Virus record (IMG/VR): IMGVR_UViG_3300037484_001167 | Coordinates: 1-62,011 of that record | Source: a virus | Lineage: Duplodnaviria; Caudoviricetes | Reading direction: 5' to 3' (one strand) | Length of the DNA stretch: 62,011 nucleotides | Shown: positions 47,225 to 56,799 of the stretch, piece by piece | Position numbering within the stretch: position 1 is the stretch's first letter | Layout of the letters: the number at the start of each line of letters is the position of its first letter | Notes under the pieces: model-generated | Database searches by the model: none | What the model saw: the letters and a program-made list of their open reading frames with translations, nothing else | Told to the model about the DNA's origin: nothing | Program-made: the position numbers and the translations under genes

Positions 47225-47622
47225 GCGCCCTCGAGCCTTGAGTCTTGTAATAGAGCTTCGTCCGTCTGCTCCGACACCTCTCGCAGCTCCGTCTCCGACG
47301 GAGGCACCTGAGCTCGGAGCACCGCCGCAAGGGCCTCTGCCCTCTCCGCAAGCGCAGAAGGCCCAAGCTCAGACAACGAGGAGAAGGCCCCAGGCTCCCC
47401 GACTTCAACCTGAGCCACGGGCCTACCCCAGCCATGAGCCATCAACGCGACCTCGACGGCTGGAGGGAGAGAGCGTGCACGCGCTGCTGCCAGGAGATTC
47501 TTCCTGTACTCCGAATCGCGGAGGATCGAGAGGGCGAAGGCCCTCCCCTCGTTCCTCTGCACCCGAGTTAGGAGCCGGCCCTCCGCCCGCTCGAAGGGCA
47601 GGACCCGTGCAGCTTCGTTCAC
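47221..47622 (-). CDS. Putative terminase small subunit
   Basis: Immediately upstream of terL; HGWGRPV. Confidence 0.45.
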   Translation of the reverse strand: MNEAARVLPFERAEGRLLTRVQRNEGRAFALSILRDSEYRKNLLAAARARSLPPAVEVALMAHGWGRPVAQVEVGEPGAFSSLSELGPSALAERAEALAAVLRAQVPPSETELREVSEQTDEALLQDSRLEGA

Positions 47623-48180
47623 GCCGCTCCCCCTCCGGCCGCTTCGTCTCCCACGCACCAGCGCAGCTCCTCGGGAACGGAGTCCCCTGTACGGAACTCC
47701 CTCCACCTACGGAGGAGGTCCTCTTCGAAGCGGAGCGTGGGCGAAGCCCCAGCCTCGAGCTCGAGGAGACGAGCCGAGCTGGGCACGCGGAGCCCCAGTG
47801 CATGCTTCGCGAAGAAGACGAGCGAGCGCCGAGCGCGGAGCGCCGTTGAGGCGCGCAGTGTCAGCGCGTTCGACTCGAGGTCGACCATTGCTTCTCTAGT
47901 CTGAGTATAGCTTTGTTCTCTGGCGTCCACACGCGGGAATGAGCGCCGGGTGCATCGAGAGTTAGGAAGGACGTCCAGGCTTCCGCCCAGGGTTCACCCT
48001 TCGAAGCGCCCTTGAAACGTGGGTCAGAGGGAAGGAGACGGCGAGGAGCAGAGCTTAGGGCTTATTTAGCAAAGGACGTAAGTATGAATATATTGGAACC
48101 ATAGATCAGGAAAGAGAGATGTGTTACGAAGCCCCCTAAGAGTAGCTCCCCCCAAAATGTTCATAGGACGTGAGTATGAT

Positions 48181-48516
48181 TTATTCCCCTTGCTTAAGCA
48201 GGTGCTTCGCAACTTCGAAGCGTCCACGCACGTCCTGCTTCTCGGCGAAGGTGCTGCGGAGACTCGCGCGGATCTTCTCTTTTGTTTCCTCGGGGCAAGG
48301 ACCGCGGGTCCGTCCACGCAGCCATCCTCGGCTCCGTCGCTCGATGTCCGTACGGAGAAGAGCATTGCGCACGACGTTCAGAGAGACGCCGAACGCACCT
48401 GCCATTTCTTCTAGCGTCTTGCCTTCGACTTCGTAGAGGGTCCTGAGCATCTCTTCAGGAGAGGAGAAGCCTCGTTGCTCTGCGAGGTCCTGCCAGTCGG
48501 TCGAGAGTCCGCGCAT
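48181..48516 (-). CDS. HTH DNA-binding protein with NUMOD3-like tail
   Basis: TLEEMAGAFGVSLNVVRNAL; ETKEKIRAS; paralog of 9754..10134. Confidence 0.7.
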   Translation of the reverse strand: MRGLSTDWQDLAEQRGFSSPEEMLRTLYEVEGKTLEEMAGAFGVSLNVVRNALLRTDIERRSRGWLRGRTRGPCPEETKEKIRASLRSTFAEKQDVRGRFEVAKHLLKQGE

Positions 48517-48519
48517 GAT

Positions 48520-49902
48520 CTACTCCCAGTCCTCGTCGTCACGAAGCTGTGCTGCGCAGAGCGCCCACTTCGTCGGGCCGATCGGCTGGACGATTCCCGA
48601 GGTCTTCATTTCCTGGAGGATGTTGAGGAGCCAGAAGTGGGGGAGGTTGGTCCTCTGCTGAAGCTCTGTGGTTCCTACGCTGGACTCGCCGGCTTGCACA
48701 GCATCACTCAACGCGAAGAGGATTGAGCCCCGGCGTTGCGGGGTTGTTGAACGAGCGAGGTGTCTCGCGAGGAGCATGTCCGATTCGTCGAGCGTTGAGC
48801 GGCCCTGGAGCAGCGCTCGTCCTGCGAGGAGTAGGCTTAGGCGTATATGCAGGTGGTTCGCGTCGGGAGGCTCGATCTTTGGGAACGTCTGCGCTCGGAC
48901 CGCCAGCGTCGCGTAGCGGTAGAGGACCTCGCGTTGCGAAGCCGAAGGCTTGGGCCACGGCATCGAGCGCCGACGCCTCTTCGCGAGGATGAAGAGAACT
49001 CGTTGTACAGCCTGCCGACACTCTTCGAGCGCGGAGCCGTAGTCATCGCCGTCGGCAACGCGTCGTTCTTCGAGAGGGATGCTCCGGGAGCGATAGAAGA
49101 GCAGGCGCGGGCCGAGCGCGCTCATCGACTTCCACGTGTCTAGAGGGAAGGGGGTTGTTCCACCCACCCAAACGAAGGAGAAGTCGCCCTTCTCTCCGAG
49201 CGTACCGTGGGTTCCGGAGTCGATGCAGACGCCACGGCCGTCAAGCCATTGCTGGATGATGGAGAAGAGGGTCACGCGCTCGTGGTCGGTGCCTGCACGG
49301 AACGCTCGAGACAGCTCACTTGTAACGAGGACCTTGTGCTTGACTGCTCGGAAGAGGGCGCGGTCCTCGAGCTCCTTCTTCTTTGTCCGAGGATCGCTGT
49401 ACATGCTGAGAATGCTGGAGGCGGTGAAGCGGTCTCGAGCAATGATCCAGGAGTCCTGCGCAGCTCCCGCCTCCATCGCGAGGAGGCGGATGAGCTCGTC
49501 TTGGGCCTTGTCCCCGGTTAGAGGCACCTGCGAAAACATATCGATAATAGTCGACTTCCCGGAGCCTGACCTTCCCGTTACGAAAAGCGCAAGCGCGGGA
49601 ATGACGTTCCCGAGGAGGAGCGTAGCCGTTGCCGCGAGCAACGTCTCGACTGCCCTCCAATGCTGCGGGAAGTACTTCCCGACGGTCCGCTCCGCGGCTG
49701 CCAACGCCGCAAGCAACTCCGCAGGATCGAACGGCACCGCAACAGCAGCAAGCACAGGAGTCTTGCCGTTCCCTTTCGAAGGAACCTCGGTCAGTACTTT
49801 CGCAGCTCGGGTAGCTGCACGACGCTTCGCTTCGGCTGCCCGTTCATACTCCGCAGCGCGCTTCCAAAGGTCTCGACGTGAGGGGGCAGCACCCCCGCTC
49901 AC
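48520..49902 (-). CDS. P-loop ATPase (helicase/replication-like) with C-terminal winged helix
   Basis: GRSGSGKS Walker A; sensor-like GGTTP, GPRLL; C-terminal wHTH pattern. Confidence 0.65.
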   Translation of the reverse strand: MSGGAAPSRRDLWKRAAEYERAAEAKRRAATRAAKVLTEVPSKGNGKTPVLAAVAVPFDPAELLAALAAAERTVGKYFPQHWRAVETLLAATATLLLGNVIPALALFVTGRSGSGKSTIIDMFSQVPLTGDKAQDELIRLLAMEAGAAQDSWIIARDRFTASSILSMYSDPRTKKKELEDRALFRAVKHKVLVTSELSRAFRAGTDHERVTLFSIIQQWLDGRGVCIDSGTHGTLGEKGDFSFVWVGGTTPFPLDTWKSMSALGPRLLFYRSRSIPLEERRVADGDDYGSALEECRQAVQRVLFILAKRRRRSMPWPKPSASQREVLYRYATLAVRAQTFPKIEPPDANHLHIRLSLLLAGRALLQGRSTLDESDMLLARHLARSTTPQRRGSILFALSDAVQAGESSVGTTELQQRTNLPHFWLLNILQEMKTSGIVQPIGPTKWALCAAQLRDDEDWE

Positions 49903-50153
49903 GAAGCACGCTCCTGCAGGCGCGCGAATGCGTGGACAATTGCATCATACACCCGCTGGGTCGTCCGGAATCCGAGTTCGGCGCGTCGGTAGGTCCCCAC
50001 ACTGAGGCCCGTAACGAGCGCAGCCTCACCCTGGGTCAGGCCGAGGTCGATCCGCATGCCTCGGATGTGAACGAGTTGGGCGTGGTCGACCCACGTCCGA
50101 GCGAGAGGAGCACCCGCAACGAGGTGCTTACGACCGAGGTCATAACTACGCAT
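49899..50153 (-). CDS. XRE-family HTH transcription regulator
   Basis: IRGMRIDLGLTQGEAALVTGLSVGTYRRAELG. Confidence 0.85.
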   Translation of the reverse strand: MRSYDLGRKHLVAGAPLARTWVDHAQLVHIRGMRIDLGLTQGEAALVTGLSVGTYRRAELGFRTTQRVYDAIVHAFARLQERAS

Positions 50154-50158
50154 GCTTG

Positions 50159-50187
50159 ATGATATCACAGAATGTAAGCGAAGTCAA
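50159..50187 (-). promoter_or_regulatory. Leftward sigma70 promoter (probably leaderless)
   Basis: TTGACT-N17-TATCAT with extended TG; ATG at 50153 lies ~6 nt after the -10. Confidence 0.7.
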
Positions 50188-50218
50188 GGGACGTCAGTAA
50201 GTAGGACGCCGGACGTCG

Positions 50219-50248
50219 TTGAAGACGTCCCTCAAGCTGGGTTATAAT
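50219..50248 (+). promoter_or_regulatory. Rightward sigma70 promoter with GACGTC boxes (probably leaderless)
   Basis: TTGAAG-N18-TATAAT; ATG at 50255 lies 7 nt after the -10. Confidence 0.7.
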
Positions 50249-50254
50249 ACGTTC

Positions 50255-50620
50255 ATGCGGACAACTACCCCCGTCGAGGAGATGCGGGCGTTGCCCATTC
50301 CGCGGGCATGCGTAGGCACACTTCAACTGCATGGACTGCCCGACGACGGGGCGGGGTACGTAAGTCGGTTCATGCCGCCAAGGACCGATCGAGAAGGGAA
50401 GTGCGTCCTCTGCGCAGCTTGCGGTGCTACGCTGGTATTCGCGGATGCAATCATGTCCGCCCTCCTCGGGACGTTCGAGTGGGGACTCGTAAACGGCGAG
50501 GGCATCTGCGGTGCATGCGGCTGGCCAGCACGTATGGTCCACAGGTTTCAGGTCGACGGGCACGAAGCAACGCTGACCTTCCCGATGCAGTATCATCCGG
50601 ATGAGCTGGAGGTGCGATGA
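50255..50620 (+). CDS. Zinc-finger hypothetical protein
   Basis: CAAC...CGAC. Confidence 0.6.
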   Translation: MRTTTPVEEMRALPIPRACVGTLQLHGLPDDGAGYVSRFMPPRTDREGKCVLCAACGATLVFADAIMSALLGTFEWGLVNGEGICGACGWPARMVHRFQVDGHEATLTFPMQYHPDELEVR

Positions 50621-51014
50621 GCACGCGCCGAATCATCGACCACCTCCCCGCACTAGCCCCACGCACGAAGTTCACTGCGTCCCGGCTTGCCGTCTTCGAA
50701 GACGGCTCGACGGAGCCCGTACTTACCCTCCTCGCAAAGCAACGGTACGGACGCATCCCCGAGGGCTTCCTTGCGTTCTGGCTGGACGGAAATCCGACGA
50801 ACGAATCCGTGGACAACGTCGGGCTCGCGCCGAGACCCCGTCGGCTCCAGCGTAGGCTAGGTCTTGGCAGGGGCGAGCCCGCGTCTGAGCGCCGAGAGTA
50901 CCTCCGCAGGTGGCGCGCAGCGAATCGCGATCGGGTCAACGCAATTGCTCGGGCGTCGTATCACAGGCGGCGTGCACGAGCGCTCGCACCTCCTGACGTC
51001 CAGCAGGACGTCGC

Positions 51015-51044
51015 TTGTCGGCGTCCCTCAAAACATGGTATACT
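51015..51044 (+). promoter_or_regulatory. Sigma70 promoter with GACGTC boxes
   Basis: TTGTCG-N18-TATACT, extended TG; shares GGACGTCG..TTG..GrCGTCCCTCAA with the 50219 promoter. Confidence 0.7.
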
Positions 51045-51112
51045 TCCTTCGTACGAAGTGCTTGCAGCGCACGAACCGCTGCAAGAGCAAGAACCCGAAG
51101 GAGGGTCACGAC

Positions 51113-51493
51113 ATGGCGGAGAAGAACGCACCGACCCCGGCCGCGAAGCCGGGCACACCCGCACCGGCGGTGACGCCGGCGAAGTCCCTGCTCGAGAAGA
51201 TCACGGCGCAGGTGGCCGCGATGTCCAAGGAGCAGGTCGCCGCTCAGCTCGCGAAGATCAAGGCGGCCCGCGCGAAGCAGACCGCGAAGCGCGGCGAGCT
51301 CACGCCCGAGCAGAAGGCGAAGCGGACCGCGTACAACAAGGAGCGGATGAAGCGCCCGGAGGTCAAGGAGAAGATGCTCGCGTACCGCAAGAGCCCCGAG
51401 GCCGTGGCGAGGCGGAAGGCGTACAGCAAGCAGCGCGCCGAGAAGATCAAGCTGCTCGTCGCCCGCGCGAAGGAGCTGGGCATCGTCGTCTAG
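51113..51493 (+). CDS. Highly basic Lys/Ala-rich protein (putative nucleic-acid binding)
   Basis: AAGGAGG SD, very biased codon usage, own promoter. Confidence 0.8.
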   Translation: MAEKNAPTPAAKPGTPAPAVTPAKSLLEKITAQVAAMSKEQVAAQLAKIKAARAKQTAKRGELTPEQKAKRTAYNKERMKRPEVKEKMLAYRKSPEAVARRKAYSKQRAEKIKLLVARAKELGIVV

Positions 51494-52351
51494 GCGTCGG
51501 CATCGCCGAGTCGAAGAACACGCGCCCCATTCCCGAAGGGGGGCTACGGTCCAACGGACAGGGCCGAGCCCCCCTTTCTTTTGCTCGAGTGCAAGCGGCG
51601 CGACGGAAAGGAGCGGCGGCGAAGTGAGCGAGCTCACACGATGTAACTTCTGCGTCCTGCGAGGCATCAGGGCAAGGGCCAAGCAGGAAGGGAAGGTTGT
51701 TACTCTAGTACCGGGTGGAATAGGAATAGACGTCTTCGTTCACCCGGAGTACGAGCCACTAACAGGCAAGGTCCGGATCTCGACCAACCATCGCGACGGC
51801 GGCGGCGAACTCTACTCGCGGTACGAGAAGTACTTTACCGCAAGCATGATGGAGGTCACGGACCATTGCTGCTGCTGAGGAACAGAGCGGGAGACGGGGG
51901 ACATCGAGTGCTAGGACGGCGAAGCAGCAACGCTGATAGTACCCGTCCTGGCTGGGCGCCCCCGTCAGGCATGGCAAACGCGAGGCCTGATCTGCCAAGC
52001 GGGGTTGGTGGGACCTGCCGAGCCGCCAGTGCGTTGTGGAACCTGGACACGAGAAGCATTACAGCATCCGCGTGCAGTTCGTCGTACTCCACGGTCGTGT
52101 ACACCTGCGGTGCATGACCTGCGGGAAGTGCTGGGAGGAGGTCAGCGATAGGTGGAAGCGTTGAGGAACGACGTTCGAACTCGTTCTACGAGCCCCGTGC
52201 TAGCCCCGACGGTGAAGCTGCCGGAGCACAGGGATCCTGGGTGGAGGCTGAGGACTGTGATCACCCCACACGGACACCCTTTCCGAAATATCGGGGAGAG
52301 AGCCGACAGGCCGATGCTCGTAGAACGAGTTGGAACGTCGAGGAGGGAGCT

Positions 52352-52606
52352 GTGATTCACGTCGCGTGTCCGAAGTGCAAGAAGGCGAAGTGGAGGCGGA
52401 TTCGTCTCAGCGACGTCGGAACGCTTCGCCCGTGCCTGACCTGTCGACGCAAGCTCGGGATCGAACCGAGGAAGGTTCGATCCCGTCGAGTCGACCTGCA
52501 CAGCGTCGAGCTGACGCTGTTCCAGAAGGTGGCGCCGCCCAACGAAAGGGGAAAGAAGAAGCATGGGACCCAGAAGCATCGCCCTGCTGTCCGGCGGGCT
52601 GGATAG
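52352..52606 (+). CDS. Small basic zinc-finger protein
   Basis: CPKC...CLTC; AGGAGG SD before GTG. Confidence 0.55.
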   Translation: MIHVACPKCKKAKWRRIRLSDVGTLRPCLTCRRKLGIEPRKVRSRRVDLHSVELTLFQKVAPPNERGKKKHGTQKHRPAVRRAG

Positions 52607-53297
52607 CTCAACGCTCGTCGCGCTGCTCAAGCGCCGCGAAGCGAAGCAGGTCACAGTGCTGTCTGTCGTCTACGGACAACGCCACGTCCACGAGCTCGCA
52701 GCCGCGGGGCGGGTGGCCCTTGCACTAGGAGTCGAGCACGTCGTCGTCGACCTGAGCGCAGCGCTCGGGCCCGTGTTCCAAGGAGCGAGGAGCTCGCAGG
52801 TTGGCGACCTCATCGACGTGCCTTCCGGGCACTACTCCGCCGACAACATGGCGATTACCGTCGTTCCCAACCGGAACATGCTCCTGCTCAGCGTCGCAGG
52901 GGCAATGGCGGTCTCGCGCAGCGCCTGTGAAGTCGCGTATGCTGCGCATGCCGGCGACCATGCACAGTACCCCGACTGCAGGCCCGAGTTCATCGAGAGC
53001 TGCACGGAGACGTTGTACCAGGCAACGGCGGACGCTGTGAAGCTCTACGCCCCGTTCCGAAACCGCATGAAGTCCGAGATCGTCGCGCTCGGAGCAGAGC
53101 TCGGCGTGCCCTTCGGGCTGACCTGGAGCTGCTACAACCCACAACCATCGAGGGAGATCCCGGGAGGCGTCGTCCACTGCGGGCGGTGCGGAACCTGCGT
53201 GGAGAGGGCCGAGGCCTTCAACCTCGCTGGGGTTCCTGATCCGACGGTCTACGCGGACCCGGACTTCTGGCGCGAAGCGTGTAGGAACGGGCAGTAG
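52563..53297 (+). CDS. queC: 7-cyano-7-deazaguanine synthase
   Basis: SGGLDS, YGQRH, VPNRN, YPDCRPEF, TWSCY, CGRCGTC. Confidence 0.95.
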   Translation: MGPRSIALLSGGLDSSTLVALLKRREAKQVTVLSVVYGQRHVHELAAAGRVALALGVEHVVVDLSAALGPVFQGARSSQVGDLIDVPSGHYSADNMAITVVPNRNMLLLSVAGAMAVSRSACEVAYAAHAGDHAQYPDCRPEFIESCTETLYQATADAVKLYAPFRNRMKSEIVALGAELGVPFGLTWSCYNPQPSREIPGGVVHCGRCGTCVERAEAFNLAGVPDPTVYADPDFWREACRNGQ

Positions 53298-53313
53298 CCC
53301 GAGAAGGAGAAGC

Positions 53314-53616
53314 ATGATCGTCCACGTCGTCTACAACGTCGAGTTCTTCGCGGCCGTCGAGATCCCAGCGGCGAGCGAAGAGGAAACGGCCACGAACAAG
53401 ATGGTCCTCGCGGAGCTCACGACGGACAAGGAGACGCAGGAGAGCTTCATCCAGGCCGAGGCGGCCGAAGGCAACTTCACGGTCAAGAGCGTGGTCGTCG
53501 CGCCGATCGAGGAGGAGCCGACGACGCTCTCCGAAGCCGCGTGCAAGTGCACCCACGAGAACCACTCGCACGACCACTGCACAGGCAACAACTGCACGCT
53601 GCCGACGGAGTCGTAG
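53314..53616 (+). CDS. Hypothetical acidic protein with Cys/His tail
   Basis: AAGGAG SD; CKCTH...H..C...C. Confidence 0.6.
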   Translation: MIVHVVYNVEFFAAVEIPAASEEETATNKMVLAELTTDKETQESFIQAEAAEGNFTVKSVVVAPIEEEPTTLSEAACKCTHENHSHDHCTGNNCTLPTES

Positions 53617-53619
53617 ACG

Positions 53620-54468
53620 ATGCCGTTCGTTTCCCCAGCACTCGCCTCGCCCTGGCCGAACGGCTTCGAGCCGGACGCGGGCGACTTCTACGCTGAGGAG
53701 AAGTTCGACGGGCATCGCCTGATCGTTGAGGTCGGGCTGCCAGAACGGGGCCTTGGTCTCTGCGTCCGAGCTTGGTCGAGAGACGGCCGCTCGCGCATCC
53801 TCCCGCCGCACCTTCGTAAGCCGCTCGAGGACTCGAGGTTCCCGTACGGAGTCTACGACGGGGAGCTAATCGTTCCTGGGACGAGGTCCTACGGCGTCGT
53901 CGAGCTCTCGAACTTCGAAGCACAGGTGCTCGTGCTCTTCGACGTGCTTCGCATCGTCGATACTGACCTGACCGCCGCAGAAGGCGGGCGCTGCGTCTCC
54001 TATACCGATCGTCGTGCGCTCCTCTCGGAGGTTGCAGCATCGCTGTTCCCAGACGTCGAAGGCCCACTTCGTCTCGCCCCTGCGACGTGCATCGACTCGG
54101 GCGATCAGCTCTTCGACCTCGCACGGAGCGTCTGGTCGAGAGACGGCGAGGGTCTGATCGTCAAGGCCACGCACAGCGTCTACCGACCAGGCAAGCGCAT
54201 GCGGGACTGGCTCAAGATCAAGCAGCTGCGCTCTGCAGTTCTTACACTCATCGGTTTCAAGCACGGGAAGATGGGCGCGTACGCAGTTGCGCTTCTCCGA
54301 GACGACGAGGGCTTCGAGACGGCAGTCAAGTGGAAGGACCTCGAGTGGCTACGTGCAGCTCGAGACTCGTGGGTAGGACGGCGCGTTCGCATCGAGTTTC
54401 AGGAGCGGACTCCGGATGGCTCGTATCGTCATCCACGCTGGGACCGCTTCGAGGAGGAGTGCGTATGA
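53620..54468 (+). CDS. ATP-dependent DNA ligase
   Basis: EEKFDGHR, YDGEL, LFDVL, EGLIVK, WLKIK, RHPR. Confidence 0.92.
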   Translation: MPFVSPALASPWPNGFEPDAGDFYAEEKFDGHRLIVEVGLPERGLGLCVRAWSRDGRSRILPPHLRKPLEDSRFPYGVYDGELIVPGTRSYGVVELSNFEAQVLVLFDVLRIVDTDLTAAEGGRCVSYTDRRALLSEVAASLFPDVEGPLRLAPATCIDSGDQLFDLARSVWSRDGEGLIVKATHSVYRPGKRMRDWLKIKQLRSAVLTLIGFKHGKMGAYAVALLRDDEGFETAVKWKDLEWLRAARDSWVGRRVRIEFQERTPDGSYRHPRWDRFEEECV

Positions 54469-55294
54469 GCGACATACTGCGCGAGGTTGCAGAAGTCGTG
54501 ATCAACGCACGTCCTGAGCTCTACGACCGTATGCGTAGAGAAGTGGAATCTCTGCCCCCGATGATCGGCGTTTGGTGCCCGGATTGCAAGTACTGGGTCT
54601 ATCAGCAGTACAATCCCTGGGCAACACGAGCTGAGGAAAGAGCAAGGGCGAAGATGCGTATGCACGGGTGTACAGCGGCATATATCGCTGCACTCCCCAG
54701 AGGAACGTGAGCATGACAACCCTCGTCGTTGTTCTCGTGACGTTCGGCCTAGCCCTGATCGTTGCTGTCGTCGTGGCCAGGCGCGTTCGAAGAAGGGCAG
54801 AGCAGCTCCGCGAGATCGATGAGCTCGCCGAGGCGAACAACGTCAACCTCCCTCCACACTGGATGGTCGAAGACGACGAATGGCGGGAGGGGACCTTGAC
54901 CTGGCTACGGCAGGTCGATGCTGAACGCCGACGCTCGGAGGAGGGACGATGCTGATCGTCATCGCGAAGCTCGCGTACGCCGTCTTCGTTACGGTCGTCG
55001 TCGTCGCAATTCTCTTCCGGCTTGAAGAAGACCGTTGGCCGTGGGACCGTGGAGCATGGGGTACGAGGGGGAAGACGAAGTGAGTAGCACTCGCACTCCA
55101 GGACGCCTCTACGTCCTCGCGGGCTTTCGAGGAGACGTCGTCGTCATCGCGGTGCCTACGGAGCAAGGCGAAGCGATGAAGAGACGAGGTCACCCGCACG
55201 TCTACATCTCGAGTGCACAGGCGTATGCAGTCCGCGCGAAGCTCCTCGACGCGAAGCCGTGCGCAGATGGCTCGAAGCTGTGCTAGGAGGTACA

Positions 55295-55882
55295 ATGGAA
55301 TTCGTCTTCCTCGATACAGAAACAGGAGGCCTCGGTCCCGCCGACCCGATCATTCAAATCGGGGCGATCGCGGTGGATGCGAGCACGTGGACGGAGACCG
55401 AGGCATTCGAGCGCAAGCTCCAGTTCGACGAGCAACGGTGTGCCCTCGAAGCACTTCGCGTGAACCACTACGACCGAGCGCTCTGGGAACGGGAGGCGGT
55501 TCCCGCGCGTGGTGGGTTCGTCATGCTCAAAGCCTTCCTCGATCGACACGCGAAGGTCCAACTCGTCTCCACGAGATCAGGGAAGGCGTACTCAGTCGCC
55601 AGGATCGGCGGGCACAACGTTCAGTTCGACGTCGAGCGGCTGCGCTTGAACTTCAAGAACGCCGACCTCTTCTTCCCTGCGCAGCTCGCGAACGTCCTCG
55701 ACACGATGCACGGGGCAGCGTGGTTGACTGCAACAGCGCCATTCCCCCCGAAGGACCTGAAGCTCACGACGCTCGCAGAGTACTTCCACGTGGCAGAGCC
55801 CGAAGGGGCTCACGATGCTCTTGCAGACGCGAGGACCTGCGCCCGCATCGCGCGCGTGCTCATCGAGAGGATCGAGGAATGA
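55295..55882 (+). CDS. DnaQ/DEDDh 3'-5' exonuclease
   Basis: DTETGG, GHNVQFD, LDT, HDALADA. Confidence 0.9.
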   Translation: MEFVFLDTETGGLGPADPIIQIGAIAVDASTWTETEAFERKLQFDEQRCALEALRVNHYDRALWEREAVPARGGFVMLKAFLDRHAKVQLVSTRSGKAYSVARIGGHNVQFDVERLRLNFKNADLFFPAQLANVLDTMHGAAWLTATAPFPPKDLKLTTLAEYFHVAEPEGAHDALADARTCARIARVLIERIEE

Positions 55883-56799
55883 GACCGATCGTCCTGAACC
55901 AGAGCAGTCTCAAGGACTTCCTCTCCTGTAAGCGTATGTACGCGTGGCGGCGCATCGAAGGCCTCGATACTTCGACGAGGCCCGCAGCCCCTTCAATCGG
56001 GATCGCAGTCCACGCAGGGCTTGCGCTGCTTCATGCTGTAGGCGACGTCGAGCAGGCGTGTGCTCTGACCGCCGCGAAGCTCGAGGAGCAGGCGGGGCCG
56101 AAGATCGCGTTCGAGGACAAGTCGATCGGCGAAGCCCAGAGCATCGCAACTGGACTTGTCCGCGCGTACGCGGAGCACTACGCGAGGGAGGAAGCGCTGT
56201 GGTCGCCTCTAAACCAGGAGATCGAGTTCAGGGTTGAGGTCGGCTCGGGGACAGGCATCTTCCTCATCGGACGCGCAGACAACCTCTCGATGGTCAAGGG
56301 AGCGTTGTATCTCGTCGACTACAAGACTGCAGCAAAGATGGACCCGCGGGACCTTCTCAAGTACGAGATGGATCTCCAGCTCACGTGCTACGTCTACGGC
56401 CTCTCGAAGCTCCTGACCGAGGAGTCGGTGAAAGCCGGAGGCCAACCGATTCGCGTCGAGGGCGCGATCATCGACCTGCTCGTCAAGACGATCGTTCCTC
56501 AGTTCGCGCGGGAGACGTACGCACGTACAGAAGAGGAACTCGTCGAGTTCGAGGCGGAGTTCATCGAGTACGGACGCGAGATCGCGGCGCGGCGAGCGAG
56601 GGTCGAGGCCGGCGAGAACTGGAAGATCGTCTTCCCGAAGAATCCAGAGTCCTGCTTCAAGTTTGGACGCGCGTGCACGTTCAGGGATCTCTGCTTGAAG
56701 GACACGCCTGTTCGTAGAGCAATGTACGTCAAGCGAAGACCAGACTACGTCGATGCGTGGCAGGCGGAGCTTGACGGTGGGGAGAAGAAGGAGGGATGA
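55879..56799 (+). CDS. PD-(D/E)XK (RecB/Cas4-like) exonuclease
   Basis: SSLKDFLSC, GIAVH, GRAD...VDYKT, QLTCY, C..C.F..LC. Confidence 0.88.
   Translation: MRPIVLNQSSLKDFLSCKRMYAWRRIEGLDTSTRPAAPSIGIAVHAGLALLHAVGDVEQACALTAAKLEEQAGPKIAFEDKSIGEAQSIATGLVRAYAEHYAREEALWSPLNQEIEFRVEVGSGTGIFLIGRADNLSMVKGALYLVDYKTAAKMDPRDLLKYEMDLQLTCYVYGLSKLLTEESVKAGGQPIRVEGAIIDLLVKTIVPQFARETYARTEEELVEFEAEFIEYGREIAARRARVEAGENWKIVFPKNPESCFKFGRACTFRDLCLKDTPVRRAMYVKRRPDYVDAWQAELDGGEKKEG

Noticed and set aside
50617-51627. 336-aa HNH-like ORF as given in the track
   Set aside because: Only the N-terminal part looks coding (degenerate DGNPTN..VDNV without the catalytic His). The rest overlaps a promoter and the better-supported 51113..51493 gene, so its extent and function cannot be supported.
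52169-52340. Retron msr-msd or tRNA
   Set aside because: No reverse transcriptase is encoded in the window, and there is no cloverleaf with a T-loop and acceptor stem.
55879-56799. Cas4 as part of a CRISPR system
   Set aside because: It sits in a typical phage exonuclease-Sak4-SSB recombination module, with no cas1/cas2 or array.
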